A stretch of DNA of 64,000 nucleotides from Chloroflexota bacterium (lineage in GTDB: Bacteria > Chloroflexota > Dehalococcoidia > Lucifugimonadales > JADFKI01): the NCBI GenBank assembly GCA_009840355.1, contig VXNZ01000033.1, positions 14,580 to 78,579 of the forward strand, given 5' to 3'. This document shows, one piece after another, positions 19,224 to 28,112 of this stretch. The position numbers and the translations under genes are program-made. The notes beneath the pieces were generated by a model. It was not told the origin of the DNA. It searched no databases and worked only from the letters and a program-made list of their open reading frames with translations. Each line of letters opens with the position of its first letter. Positions within the stretch are counted from its first letter, which is position 1.

Positions 19224-20024
19224 ATGACTACCGTTACGAGCATATTGACAGAGGAAATCATCGAGGTGGCAGGCACGCGCATTGAGATAGCGCGGGGAGG
19301 CGACGGCGATCCGCTGCTGGTGCTGCACGACGAGATGGGGCATCACGGCGCGCTGCGCTGGCACGAAGCGCTTGCCGCGAACAATACGCTGCACATCCCG
19401 TCACATCCGGGCTTTGGCGAATCGCCGCGCATGGAATGGATAATGAACATGCGCGATCTCGCCGGCTGGTATCTGCGCGCCCTAGACGAACTGGGCTTGC
19501 AGGGAGTGAATGTCATCGGGTTCTCGCTCGGCGGCTGGCTCGCCGCGGAGATGGCGACAATGTGCCCGCAGCAATTCAACAAGATGGTGCTCGTAGGCGC
19601 TGCCGGCATCAAGCCCGACATCGGCGAGATATTCGACATATTCCTCGTAACCGCCGAAGAGTACCTTGACACCGTATGCTTGGACAACGCAGCAGTGCCG
19701 GAGTTCGACACGGTTCGCCCGGCAGAGCCTTCGCCGGAATTGGCAGAGGCGTGGGCTGTGGCGCGCGAAGAGGCTTGCCGCCTGAGCTGGAAGCCATACA
19801 TGCACTATCGCGGGCTGCCACAACTGCTAGGTCGATTGCAGGACTTGCCAACGCTGCTGATTTGGGGCGCGCAAGACGGCATGGTGCCGGTGAACGCGGG
19901 CGAGCTTTACCGGCAGTCCATCAAAGGTTCACGCCTAGAAGTCATCGACAATTGCGGACACCGCCCGGAAATCGAGCAGACCGACAAGTTCCTGGCGCTG
20001 GTGCAGGACTTCCTCTCCGGGTAA
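19224..20024 (+). CDS. Alpha/beta-fold hydrolase
   Basis: 266 aa; GFSLGGW nucleophile elbow; C-terminal NCGHRPEIE. Confidence 0.85.
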   Translation: MTTVTSILTEEIIEVAGTRIEIARGGDGDPLLVLHDEMGHHGALRWHEALAANNTLHIPSHPGFGESPRMEWIMNMRDLAGWYLRALDELGLQGVNVIGFSLGGWLAAEMATMCPQQFNKMVLVGAAGIKPDIGEIFDIFLVTAEEYLDTVCLDNAAVPEFDTVRPAEPSPELAEAWAVAREEACRLSWKPYMHYRGLPQLLGRLQDLPTLLIWGAQDGMVPVNAGELYRQSIKGSRLEVIDNCGHRPEIEQTDKFLALVQDFLSG

Positions 20025-20030
20025 TCCTCA

Positions 20031-20950
20031 ATGATCAAAGTAGTAAGTTGGAACATCAACAGACGGCACGCCGCTTGGAAAAAACTGCTGGAAATGGACG
20101 CGGACGTCGCCTTGCTGCAAGAAGCGGGCAACAAACCCACCGGGATGGACGCCTGTTTCAACACCGGCCCGCAGGCGAGTTGGGATTCTCGTATGTGGAA
20201 TGCGGACTACGAAAAGTTATGGGGTAAGGAGAAGCTACGCGAGCGTTGGGGAAGATCAGGGCTATATGACCGCTGGTGTAAAGTCGTAAAACTATCCAAT
20301 CGCGTAGAAGTGGAGTGGTTCAAGCAAATCAGCCCTATCGGAGTAGTGGCGGAAGATGAGATTGCGGTTAGCGGTATTGGGACAATCGCAGCCGCCCGCG
20401 TAACTCCCAAAGCCCCCAGGACGGCGAGCCTTTCATCGTAGTATCGATGTACGCTCGATGGCTGCGATGGCATCCAACCGTAAAGAGCCCGTGGAGCGTA
20501 GGAACTGCTGACGGTTCGGCGCATCGCATAATAACGGACATTTCTGGGTTTATCGGCGATTATGAGCCTTCAACGCATCGCATACTCGCAGCAGGCGACC
20601 TCAATATGATTTACAATCCAGGCGACCCTGAGTGGATTGGATCGAGAGATCACAGTGTTTGGACCAGGATGAACGCGATGGGCTTGGAGTTCATGGGACC
20701 GTGCTACCCTAACGGGCGCAAGGCATTCAATCAGCGAGATTGGCTTGCGCCGGATAGCCGCAACGTGCCTACCTACTACACAACGGGCGAAAAAACGCCC
20801 GAATCTGCCAGCCAGCAACTCGACTACGCATTCGCATCGCGTGGCTTTCACAACGAAGTTAGCGTGCGCGCCATGAACGAAGTGGAAGAATGGGGACCGA
20901 GCGACCATTGCCGTCTGCTAATCGAAGTCGGCGCGTCCGGCGGTAAGTGA
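20031..20950 (+). pseudogene. Endonuclease/exonuclease/phosphatase (EEP) family gene interrupted by a -1 frameshift
   Basis: Track ORFs 20031..20441 (MIKVVSWNINRR...LLQEAG) and 20447..20950 (...WGPSDHCRLLIEV) are two halves of one EEP protein. The second frame is already open from 20372 and reads QDGEPFIVVSMYARW. Confidence 0.7.
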
Positions 20951-21033
20951 AGCGCGTTAGCCCCAAGCAAGCGATTTTGTGGTATAAATACTGATAACCA
21001 TCGGGATTGGGACGACTAGAAGGAAACTGCCAG

Positions 21034-21263
21034 ATGGCAACGATCGGATTCGATACACATGAAGCCGTGAAGGCTCTCACTGAAGCAGGATTCAGCGAAT
21101 CGCAGGCTGAATCTGTCTTTCGGCCATGAGCAATGCGCTCGCTGGCGATGTAGCCACAAAAGCTGACCTGAAAGACCTCGAACTTCGGTTGACACTCAGG
21201 CTCGGCGGCATGATGATTGCAGTCGGCGGGCTGGTAGTCGCGCTCATTAAACTTTTGCCATAG
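21034..21263 (+). pseudogene. DUF1640-like coiled-coil/TM small protein split into 31-aa and 45-aa pieces (1-nt shift at CGGCC, ATGA junction)
   Basis: MATIGFDTHEAVKALTEAGFSESQAESVFRP* then MSNALAGDVATKADLKDLELRLTLRLGGMMIAVGGLVVALIKLLP*. Together they match the single-chain family architecture. Both pieces are below the track cutoff. Confidence 0.5.
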
Positions 21264-21289
21264 CTGTACACTCTTAAAGGAGACCGCCC

Positions 21290-22555
21290 ATGTTCATCGC
21301 ACACTTTACCGAACGCCCTTATCAAGACCCGGCGTCAGGCTACTTCGGCGCGACGGGCAAGTCCATCAAGGATCTGACCCTGAGCAACGAAATCTACGAC
21401 CCTGAGATTGGGGCGAACTTGTACAACCGCTATCTCGACGAAAGGCTGTATGCCGAAGAGATGGGCTTCGACGGGCTGATGCTCAACGAGCACCATAGCA
21501 CGCCCTTCTGCATGGGCGGCGCGATGAACATCGAGGCGGCGATTCTCGCGCGGATGACCAAGCGCGCCAAGATTGTCCTGCTGGGCAACATCATCCCCAT
21601 CTGGGACGACCCGCTTTGGCTTGTGGAGCAGCTCGCCATCATCGATATGATTTCGCACGGCAGGCTGGTCTCCGGCTGGGTGCGCGGCACCGGACGCGAG
21701 AGCGTGGCGCACAACGCGCCGCCACCATACAACTGGGAACGCTTCCAAGAAGCGCACGACTTCATCGTGAAGGCGTGGACGACTCCCGGCCCCTTCCGCT
21801 GGGAAGGCAAACACTACAACTACCGCTATGTGAATCCGTGGGCGCGCCCATACCAGAAGCCGCACCCACCCATCTGGCTGCCCGGCGTAGTCAGCCGCGA
21901 CTCATTGCAGTGGGCGGCGCGCAACCGCATTCCGTACATCATGCTGGCAACGCAGATGGAGCCGACCAAGCAGGCGTTCCAGATTTACCATGAAACCGCC
22001 GAGGAAGAGGGATACGAGTCCGGCTCGCAGAACATCGGTTACCTCTGGAAGGTGCATGTTGACGAGACGGAAGAGCTGGCGGAAGCAACCGCGCGCAAGT
22101 ATGTGCAGGGACCCAGCAACCCGTTCCTTGCGGGCAACGAAGGCACGGCGAACCCTGCGCTGCTGTCGCTGCCCGGACTGACATCGCGCCGTCGCGTCCT
22201 GCCGACTCGCGACTTCGCAACCACCAACCGCGGCGGCAATGTGCTCGCCCGGCCCTTTGAAGAGCAGCAGGAAAACTACACCATCGTAACCGGCACACCC
22301 GACTCCATACTGCCAAAGATTCGACATGTGCTGGAGACACTGCGCCCGGGCAGCGTGATATTCTGGGACGGCGACGGCGCCATGACGCACGAGGACCAGA
22401 TGCGCTCGCTGCGTCTGATGGGCGAATATGTAATCCCCGCAGTCCGCGAGATGGGCAAGGAGCTAGAGCTGAACAGCCCGTTCGAGGTCGATCCCGCGAC
22501 CGGCAAGCCAATCGAGGAAACCGAGACGGCAGAAGCGCAAGCAGTAGCCGACTAG
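21290..22555 (+). CDS. LLM-class flavin-dependent oxidoreductase
   Basis: 421 aa; MFIAHFTERPYQD...MLNEHHSTPFCMG...LLGNIIPIWDDPLWL pattern. Confidence 0.85.
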   Translation: MFIAHFTERPYQDPASGYFGATGKSIKDLTLSNEIYDPEIGANLYNRYLDERLYAEEMGFDGLMLNEHHSTPFCMGGAMNIEAAILARMTKRAKIVLLGNIIPIWDDPLWLVEQLAIIDMISHGRLVSGWVRGTGRESVAHNAPPPYNWERFQEAHDFIVKAWTTPGPFRWEGKHYNYRYVNPWARPYQKPHPPIWLPGVVSRDSLQWAARNRIPYIMLATQMEPTKQAFQIYHETAEEEGYESGSQNIGYLWKVHVDETEELAEATARKYVQGPSNPFLAGNEGTANPALLSLPGLTSRRRVLPTRDFATTNRGGNVLARPFEEQQENYTIVTGTPDSILPKIRHVLETLRPGSVIFWDGDGAMTHEDQMRSLRLMGEYVIPAVREMGKELELNSPFEVDPATGKPIEETETAEAQAVAD

Positions 22556-22566
22556 CCACATTTTCA

Positions 22567-22605
22567 GTCCCTTTCTCCAGTGGGGGAAGGTTAGGTGGGG
22601 GAAGA
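22567..22605. repeat. Dispersed hairpin repeat family B (CCCTTyCCC-loop-GGGGAAGGTTAGG-n-GGGG)
   Basis: Related copies by eye at 924..962, 5441..5482, 6661..6685 (reverse, partial), 13398..13430, 23512..23545, 40361..40398 (inside a CDS), 61797..61836, 63901..63940 (reverse). Confidence 0.6.
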
Positions 22606-22620
22606 ATAACCCCAAAAACT

Positions 22621-22658
22621 AAGGGGATGCGCTCACATCGCTGTGGAGCATCCCCTTA
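22621..22658 (+). terminator. Long hairpin after the LLM gene
   Basis: Perfect 10-bp outer stem AAGGGGATGC / GCATCCCCTT with a further imperfect inner stem. No clear U-tract. Confidence 0.4.
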
Positions 22659-22725
22659 TCCTGTCTATACTCGCCTATCCGGACGTCGTTGCGCGGCAGG
22701 GGGGAGGATGTCTAGGAGGGAAGTG

Positions 22726-22890
22726 TTAGAACCTTCTGGCCCAAACGAGACCTAGCGCCATTCCCACAGGAAACCCTATCCCCACACCGAGGACAGCGTT
22801 GCCGAGCGCAACACCTAGAGCCATACCAACCACGGTTCCGAGCGCGATTCCTACTAGGATTCTTGTGTCCTTTGCCTTTGTGCCCATCAT
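22726..22890 (-). CDS. Small glycine-zipper membrane protein (54 aa)
   Basis: Hand translation MMGTKAKDTRILVGIALGTVVGMALGVALGNAVLGVGIGFPVGMALGLVWARRF. GGAGGG 5 nt upstream. Below the track size cutoff. Confidence 0.5.
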   Translation of the reverse strand: MMGTKAKDTRILVGIALGTVVGMALGVALGNAVLGVGIGFPVGMALGLVWARRF

Positions 22891-22983
22891 TATTACCCTC
22901 CGTTAGATATTATTATCAGGGGAAAGGTTAGGATAGGGCTGAAATCTTATGCACCCCGTCCATCCATGTCAACCCTCGTACCC

Positions 22984-23469
22984 TTACAGGCGCGGATCCC
23001 TGATTGCCTTGTACAGCCCTAACGCGAAAGTCGGTATATTCGCGCCGATGACTGCGCCTACTGTGGTGATGTGGATTTCGGGGATTCCGGGCTTCCAGAT
23101 GGGATGCAGCGCGCCGATATCTATGCCGCGCTGCAAGCCAAACCACGCGCCGCCAAGACCGAACGCCAGCGCGATGACGACCAGCAGCGCCTGAATGCGC
23201 AAGTCGTGGTCCCTGTCCAGCCAAGCGATGTAGCTCCCCACCCCGGCGCCGATACCCGTAGTGCACACCAGCACCGCTATCACGCCGCCGCCATAGCCCC
23301 AGATGGACAGATACAGCGCCTGTATCATCACATACGACCCGAACCCCACAACGGCGGCAACGAACAATGCGAACACGCCCCTAGCGAATACCAATACGAA
23401 CTTCAGCAGCGCGCCAATTGTGGCGAGGAGCTGCATGTGCCTATAGACCGCCGAGCCGATTTTCTGCAT
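22984..23469 (-). CDS. Hypothetical polytopic membrane protein
   Basis: 161 aa with 4-5 hydrophobic helices; no family recognised. Confidence 0.5.
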   Translation of the reverse strand: MQKIGSAVYRHMQLLATIGALLKFVLVFARGVFALFVAAVVGFGSYVMIQALYLSIWGYGGGVIAVLVCTTGIGAGVGSYIAWLDRDHDLRIQALLVVIALAFGLGGAWFGLQRGIDIGALHPIWKPGIPEIHITTVGAVIGANIPTFALGLYKAIRDPRL

Positions 23470-23640
23470 TTACCAATCCCGCACTAGAAACAGAATGCCG
23501 CGCTTCTCAAAGTCCCTTATCCCTACGGGGAAGGTTAAGAATGAGGCCAAAAGCCCCCCAATTGCCATCAAGTTAATCCCATAGCAAACTACCGCCATAG
23601 CATTATCGCATAGTCTCATGATAGCAGACTTGCCGCGCCG

Positions 23641-24171
23641 TCAGCCCGAATGCGTGTAAGTATTGCCGAAGCGTTCGCTATGCGCCACTTCCGACAGTGC
23701 CCGGCGATTGCGCCGCCCGAACTTGCCCATATTCGCGCTCTTGCGATAGCCGAACGGCAAGATGGTCAGCAGCACGAGATGCGCCGGTATGCTCAGCACT
23801 TCCTTGATCGCCGCGTTCTGGTCGGCGTCGCGGATACCGATGAAGCATGTGCCCATGCCCTCTTCCCACGCGACAAGTTCCATGTGCTGTATAGCTCTGC
23901 CCGCGTCCAATGGCGCTCTCGGCGTGTCGTCGGTCACGACGGCGATGGCAAGCGGAGCATCCCCCAGGCACGGTCCCTGCGTCGCCATCTCGCCCAGCCG
24001 CTTTATCGTGGCTGCGTCCCGAATCACGATGAAGTGCCAAGGCTGCAAGTTCTGCGAACTCGGCGAAAGCCTGCCCGCTTCCAAAAGCCTATCAACCACA
24101 TCGTCCGGCACGGCGTCAGGCTTGTACTCCCGCACCGTCAGCCGCGTCAACACCGCATCATTAACATCCAT
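23641..24171 (-). CDS. Nitroreductase family protein
   Basis: 176 aa; RLSPSSQNLQPWHFIVI motif. Confidence 0.85.
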   Translation of the reverse strand: MDVNDAVLTRLTVREYKPDAVPDDVVDRLLEAGRLSPSSQNLQPWHFIVIRDAATIKRLGEMATQGPCLGDAPLAIAVVTDDTPRAPLDAGRAIQHMELVAWEEGMGTCFIGIRDADQNAAIKEVLSIPAHLVLLTILPFGYRKSANMGKFGRRNRRALSEVAHSERFGNTYTHSG

Positions 24172-24195
24172 GATTTACCCTCCACGACAGTCCTT

Positions 24196-24322
24196 TGTCA
24201 TTCTGAACGCATCTCCGTTCATTCTGTCATTCTGAACGCAGCGCAGCGGAGTGAAGAATCCAGAATTATCCGCACTGCCGTCTGATAACGATTTAAGATT
24301 CCTCGCTGCGATCGAAATGACA
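24196..24322. repeat. Palindromic MITE-like repeat, copy 2, with duplicated left terminus
   Basis: TGTCATTCTGAACGC occurs twice (24196 and 24225). Right end is GATTCCTCGCTGCGATCGAAATGACA. Homologous to 19006..19092. Confidence 0.6.
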
Positions 24323-24363
24323 AGAGTCTGATAGACTGACAGACTGATGAACTGACAGACTCT

Positions 24364-24873
24364 CTACACCGGATACCGCCACACTTCGCCCGCCGGCTCT
24401 TCGTCCGACAGCCTGAAGTGCGGCACGGAGAAACCTTCGTCAGTGTCAAGAAACACCACTTCGACGCGCTTGCCGATGCCCACTTCGTCCGGGTCTTCCG
24501 GCTCCATATCATCGTTCAGCAGGTTCGCGGTGATACGCAAGCCATTCTCAGGGTTTGGCTCGCCGCTCTGCTCGTCCAGTTCGACCAGCACGACCGTGTA
24601 CGGCACCCAGTCACGGAACGCTGGCATAATGGCGTGAGTGATGACCTGGTAACTGTAAATCGTGCCTTTGCCGCTGACTTCCTGCCATCCCCAGTTCAGC
24701 GAGCCGCACCACGGACACGCCGCGCCCGGATCACCGCGCAGCATCCCGCAAGTCAGCTCGCTGCACTTCTTCACCACCAGCCTATGCTCCATCGCCGCAT
24801 CGAAGTAGCCCTTGTACTCGCTGTCAAGTTCCGTAATGTTCAATGCCATACCGCGATAATCATATATCGGCAT
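24364..24873 (-). CDS. Zn-ribbon OB-fold protein (DUF35), partner of the thiolase-like protein
   Basis: 169 aa; CxxC...CPWC zinc ribbon (CSELTCGMLRGDPGAACPWCGS). Confidence 0.85.
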   Translation of the reverse strand: MPIYDYRGMALNITELDSEYKGYFDAAMEHRLVVKKCSELTCGMLRGDPGAACPWCGSLNWGWQEVSGKGTIYSYQVITHAIMPAFRDWVPYTVVLVELDEQSGEPNPENGLRITANLLNDDMEPEDPDEVGIGKRVEVVFLDTDEGFSVPHFRLSDEEPAGEVWRYPV

Positions 24874-24966
24874 TACTCTTTTCCCTCCGCAATCGGCGCA
24901 TTAGCCGCTACAGGATGGGTATATTCACATCCAATCCGCCCTACCCATCCTGCACATCGATGTTAT

Positions 24967-26187
24967 TTACTTCCGCATAATAAGCGCGCTGCCCACGCCC
25001 GGCATAGCCCAGCCCATGTTCATAGTGATGTTCACATCCCGCACTTGGCGGCAGCCGCCCTCCGCATAGTCGTAGGAATGCTCACCGTTCTCCCAATGCG
25101 GGCAGTAGTCGTCCACCAAGCCGCGCAGCTGCCGTACATTCTCGATGACCATGTTCATGCCGTGCGTGTAGCCTTCGCACAGATGCCCGCCGCTCGTGTT
25201 GTTCGGACGCCTGCCGCCGAGGTCGGTTATACCGCTCTTCACATACTCCTTGCCCTCGCCCTTCTCGCAGAATCCGTAGTCCTCAAACTGCAAGAGCGTC
25301 GTGTATGTGAAAGCGTCATAGCAGCCGGTAACATCGATGTCATCGTGCGTAATGCCCGCAAGCTCGAACAGACGCGGGCCGATGTAATGCCCCGCCACGC
25401 GCGTAATCGGCGCGTACTGGTAGTGGAAGTCGCCGCCCGGCTTCGATCCTCTGCCCTGCACCGCCATGATGTACGCCGGCGTGTGGCGCAGGTCCTTCGC
25501 GCGTTCTGCCGATGTTACGATGATGCAGGTCGCGTTGTCGGTTTCGAGGCAGCAGTCCAACAAGTGCGCGCACGGCTTGACTATCCAGCGCGAGTTGACC
25601 ACATCATCGACGGTAACGCGCTGCTTCATCAGCGCCTTCGGGTTATTGCTGGCGTGCTTGCTGTGCGTAACCTTGATGTGCGCCAGGTCTTCGCCGGTAA
25701 CGCCGTATTCCATCATGTGCCGCGTGAAAGTAAAGGCAAAGTTTTGCACCGCGCTCGCCACGCCGTAAGTGCGCTTCATCAGGTCGGAGCCGCCGATGGG
25801 CGCAGCCGCGCGCGCCCCCGTGCCGCCTATACGCACCTGCGAATAGCCGTTCATCGCGCGAAATATCGCCACCGTATCGCACATCCCCGCCTCTATCGCG
25901 CCGATGGCAAGCCCAACAAGCGCCTCAGTGCTAGAGCCGCCGCCCGAGCAGTCCATGTAGAAGTTCAGGCGCATACCCAAGTCGTACATCATCGTTGTGG
26001 ACGGCGTGGAATCGCCGCCATGGTAGCTGAGCATCCCGTCCACATCCTGCGGCGTCAGCCCCGCGTCATATATGGCATTGCGAATAGCCTCAACCCCAAG
26101 CGCCCGCGTGCTTCTGCCGGACGCGCGGCTATACTCCGTCTCGCCCACGCCAACGATAGCGTACTTATCCTTCAATCGTCCTTCCAT
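24967..26187 (-). CDS. Thiolase-like protein (SCP-x / lipid-transfer-type)
   Basis: MEGRLKDKYAIVGVGETEYSRASGRS...; GGAGGG 5 nt before ATG 26187. The upstream extension in the track has no support. Confidence 0.85.
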   Translation of the reverse strand: MEGRLKDKYAIVGVGETEYSRASGRSTRALGVEAIRNAIYDAGLTPQDVDGMLSYHGGDSTPSTTMMYDLGMRLNFYMDCSGGGSSTEALVGLAIGAIEAGMCDTVAIFRAMNGYSQVRIGGTGARAAAPIGGSDLMKRTYGVASAVQNFAFTFTRHMMEYGVTGEDLAHIKVTHSKHASNNPKALMKQRVTVDDVVNSRWIVKPCAHLLDCCLETDNATCIIVTSAERAKDLRHTPAYIMAVQGRGSKPGGDFHYQYAPITRVAGHYIGPRLFELAGITHDDIDVTGCYDAFTYTTLLQFEDYGFCEKGEGKEYVKSGITDLGGRRPNNTSGGHLCEGYTHGMNMVIENVRQLRGLVDDYCPHWENGEHSYDYAEGGCRQVRDVNITMNMGWAMPGVGSALIMRK

Positions 26188-26386
26188 GCTAACCCTCCTA
26201 AATTGCAAATACTTGCAGCGCGGTAAGTATCGCCTGTTCAGTAGTGATTGGCAAGTGCGAGCGCATGAAACTGTCCATCTGCTAAACTTGCTATACGGGA
26301 TTTTCTTACACAAACGCAAGTTGCGTGCCGAACATTAGTATCATACAATAGCCACCATCATGTAGGAGGCACACCCAAACCCAAGA

Positions 26387-26789
26387 ATGGCAGATCGAAA
26401 AGCCAAATGGCTCATATACACCGTTCTAGTGGCGCTGATACCGGCAATGGCGCGGATGATAGTATGGCTAATCCCAGAACCCGGACACCGATCTATTCAA
26501 CGCCGTAGATTTCATAATCTTCGGACTGGTACTGCACATATCCAATATCAATGAATTAGAGCACTTCGACGAAAGAGAAGAGTCATGGAAGACAGTCCAG
26601 AACGGCGCATCGGTGTTTCTGCTCATCGTGTACAGCATCTTGTTGACGTCTCACCTGTTCGGTGAAGCAAATCCCGGACTCATAGACACTCAAACTATGA
26701 AAATCGGTGCTATGTTGTTAGGAATTATATCGTTCTTGATAAGTTATTCTGTGTACAACGCGACTTCAAAGTCGGTAGGGGAGAAATAA
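26387..26789 (+). pseudogene. ~133-aa four-TM membrane protein interrupted by a +1 frameshift at a CCC run
   Basis: Frame A reads MADRKAKWLIYTVLVALIPAMARMIVWLIPEPG... Frame B, open from 26472, reads ...DTDLFNAVDFIIFGLVLHISNINELEHFDEREESWKTVQNGASVFLLIVYSILLTSHLFGEANPGLIDTQTMKIGAMLLGIISFLISYSVYNATSKSVGEK*. Lies in the low-GC region. Confidence 0.45.
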
Positions 26790-26927
26790 ATGCTGACAAT
26801 ACCGATAATCGTGCTAACCGCAATCGCCTGCGTGGTAGGACTTAGCGTCGCTGTTTGGTCAATCGTAACTACCGAGAAACGACACCGCGAACGCCTCCGC
26901 AAACAAAAGGAAAGCGTCAGCAACTAG
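26790..26927 (+). CDS. Small single-pass membrane protein (45 aa)
   Basis: MLTIPIIVLTAIACVVGLSVAVWSIVTTEKRHRERLRKQKESVSN. ATG abuts the preceding TAA. Confidence 0.35.
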   Translation: MLTIPIIVLTAIACVVGLSVAVWSIVTTEKRHRERLRKQKESVSN

Positions 26928-27026
26928 GCGCCTCTACAAGGACGAGCGAAAGCGCAGCGTGAGCGAATAGACGATTCACCAGATTCTCGTAACCTAACAT
27001 TTCGGAAGCGTGGGAGACTCGCACCG

Positions 27027-28112
27027 ATGTACAAATTACAAGAACTTCTAGAATCCGCACTACACGAGATTGTGGAAAGTGATGATTGCAATCTGGATGC
27101 CAATCAATTGGAGGACAAGATTTCCAAAATGATTCCAGATGTCTGCGATGAAACAGCAACAGATATGTTGGCCAGTATCAAAGAAGACGCCTTTTCAGGC
27201 GGACTGGAAGAAGCTAGGACGGGAAGACGCGAATTTGAAAGAAGGTTAATGGAGGTTTGGAAAAAGCCGATAGAGCTTCTTGAGTTGTTCGTGTCATTAG
27301 CAACGGAAGCAGGCGTAGATTTCAACAGCGAGTTCGGCAACGAAGCCGTAAGTTCAGACGATTACTTGTTTGAAGCACTCACTAGATTGCATGGCAGAGC
27401 ATGCCAAGTGTCCAATGAAATTCTTGTCCTGTTGCGCTCAGGCTATGCAGATGGAGCACACGCACGCTGGCGGACCTTACACGAGATTGCAGTTATAAGC
27501 TTTTGTCTCAGCGAACCAGAAGAGGACGAGCACAGACAAGAATTAGCTGAAAAGTATTTACTGCATGACACCATACAGCGATATAAATTGGCGTGCCAAT
27601 ATCAGAAGTACGGCGAGAGGCTTGACTTGAAGCCGATTCCACAAGAGGAGTTCGATAATCTCCAGACAGAGTACAACAAGCTCATAGCCCGATTTTGCAA
27701 ACCATTCGAGAAACCCTACGGATGGGCAGCATCACCAAAGAGCCCTACGATGACAGCAATTGAAGAGCGCGTTGAATTGGCTCATTGGCGTCCCTACTAC
27801 AAAATGGCAAGCGATAATGTGCATGCAAATGCACATGGAAGTCACTTTAGACTAGGTTTGGCCCCACTTGACGAGGATATGATTTTGGCGGGACCAAGCA
27901 ACGCGGGATTAGTCGATCCCGGGCATTCAACTGCAATCTCACTCAATCAGATAACCGCAGTCTTGCTCGGAACTAGGTCAAACTTCGACTGCGCGGTCGT
28001 CTTGATGATATTACAGAAATTGGTAAACGAGATTGGGGAAGCATTTCTTGAAGCACACAATTATGTTGAAATGTTATCCAATAGTGAAAATGAGACAGAA
28101 AGCGCGACATGA
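27027..28112 (+). CDS. Hypothetical protein, DUF5677-like (family assignment from memory, not searched)
   Basis: 361 aa, low GC (about 42% in sampled lines). Core RLHGRACQVSNEILVLLRSGYADGAHARWRTLHEIAVISF. Stop overlaps the MTase start (ATGA). Confidence 0.6.
   Translation: MYKLQELLESALHEIVESDDCNLDANQLEDKISKMIPDVCDETATDMLASIKEDAFSGGLEEARTGRREFERRLMEVWKKPIELLELFVSLATEAGVDFNSEFGNEAVSSDDYLFEALTRLHGRACQVSNEILVLLRSGYADGAHARWRTLHEIAVISFCLSEPEEDEHRQELAEKYLLHDTIQRYKLACQYQKYGERLDLKPIPQEEFDNLQTEYNKLIARFCKPFEKPYGWAASPKSPTMTAIEERVELAHWRPYYKMASDNVHANAHGSHFRLGLAPLDEDMILAGPSNAGLVDPGHSTAISLNQITAVLLGTRSNFDCAVVLMILQKLVNEIGEAFLEAHNYVEMLSNSENETESAT

Noticed and set aside
24418-26226. 602-aa plus-strand ORF, the longest unexplained ORF in the track
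   Set aside because: It lies antisense to the DUF35 and thiolase genes. The sequence is Arg/Ala/His-rich low complexity with no motifs, so it is a typical high-GC shadow ORF.
20372-26500. Programmed ribosomal frameshifting as the explanation for the three split genes
   Set aside because: There are no slippery heptamers or downstream pseudoknots. The shifts differ in direction (two -1, one +1), and all sit at short G/C runs, so indel error or decay is more likely.
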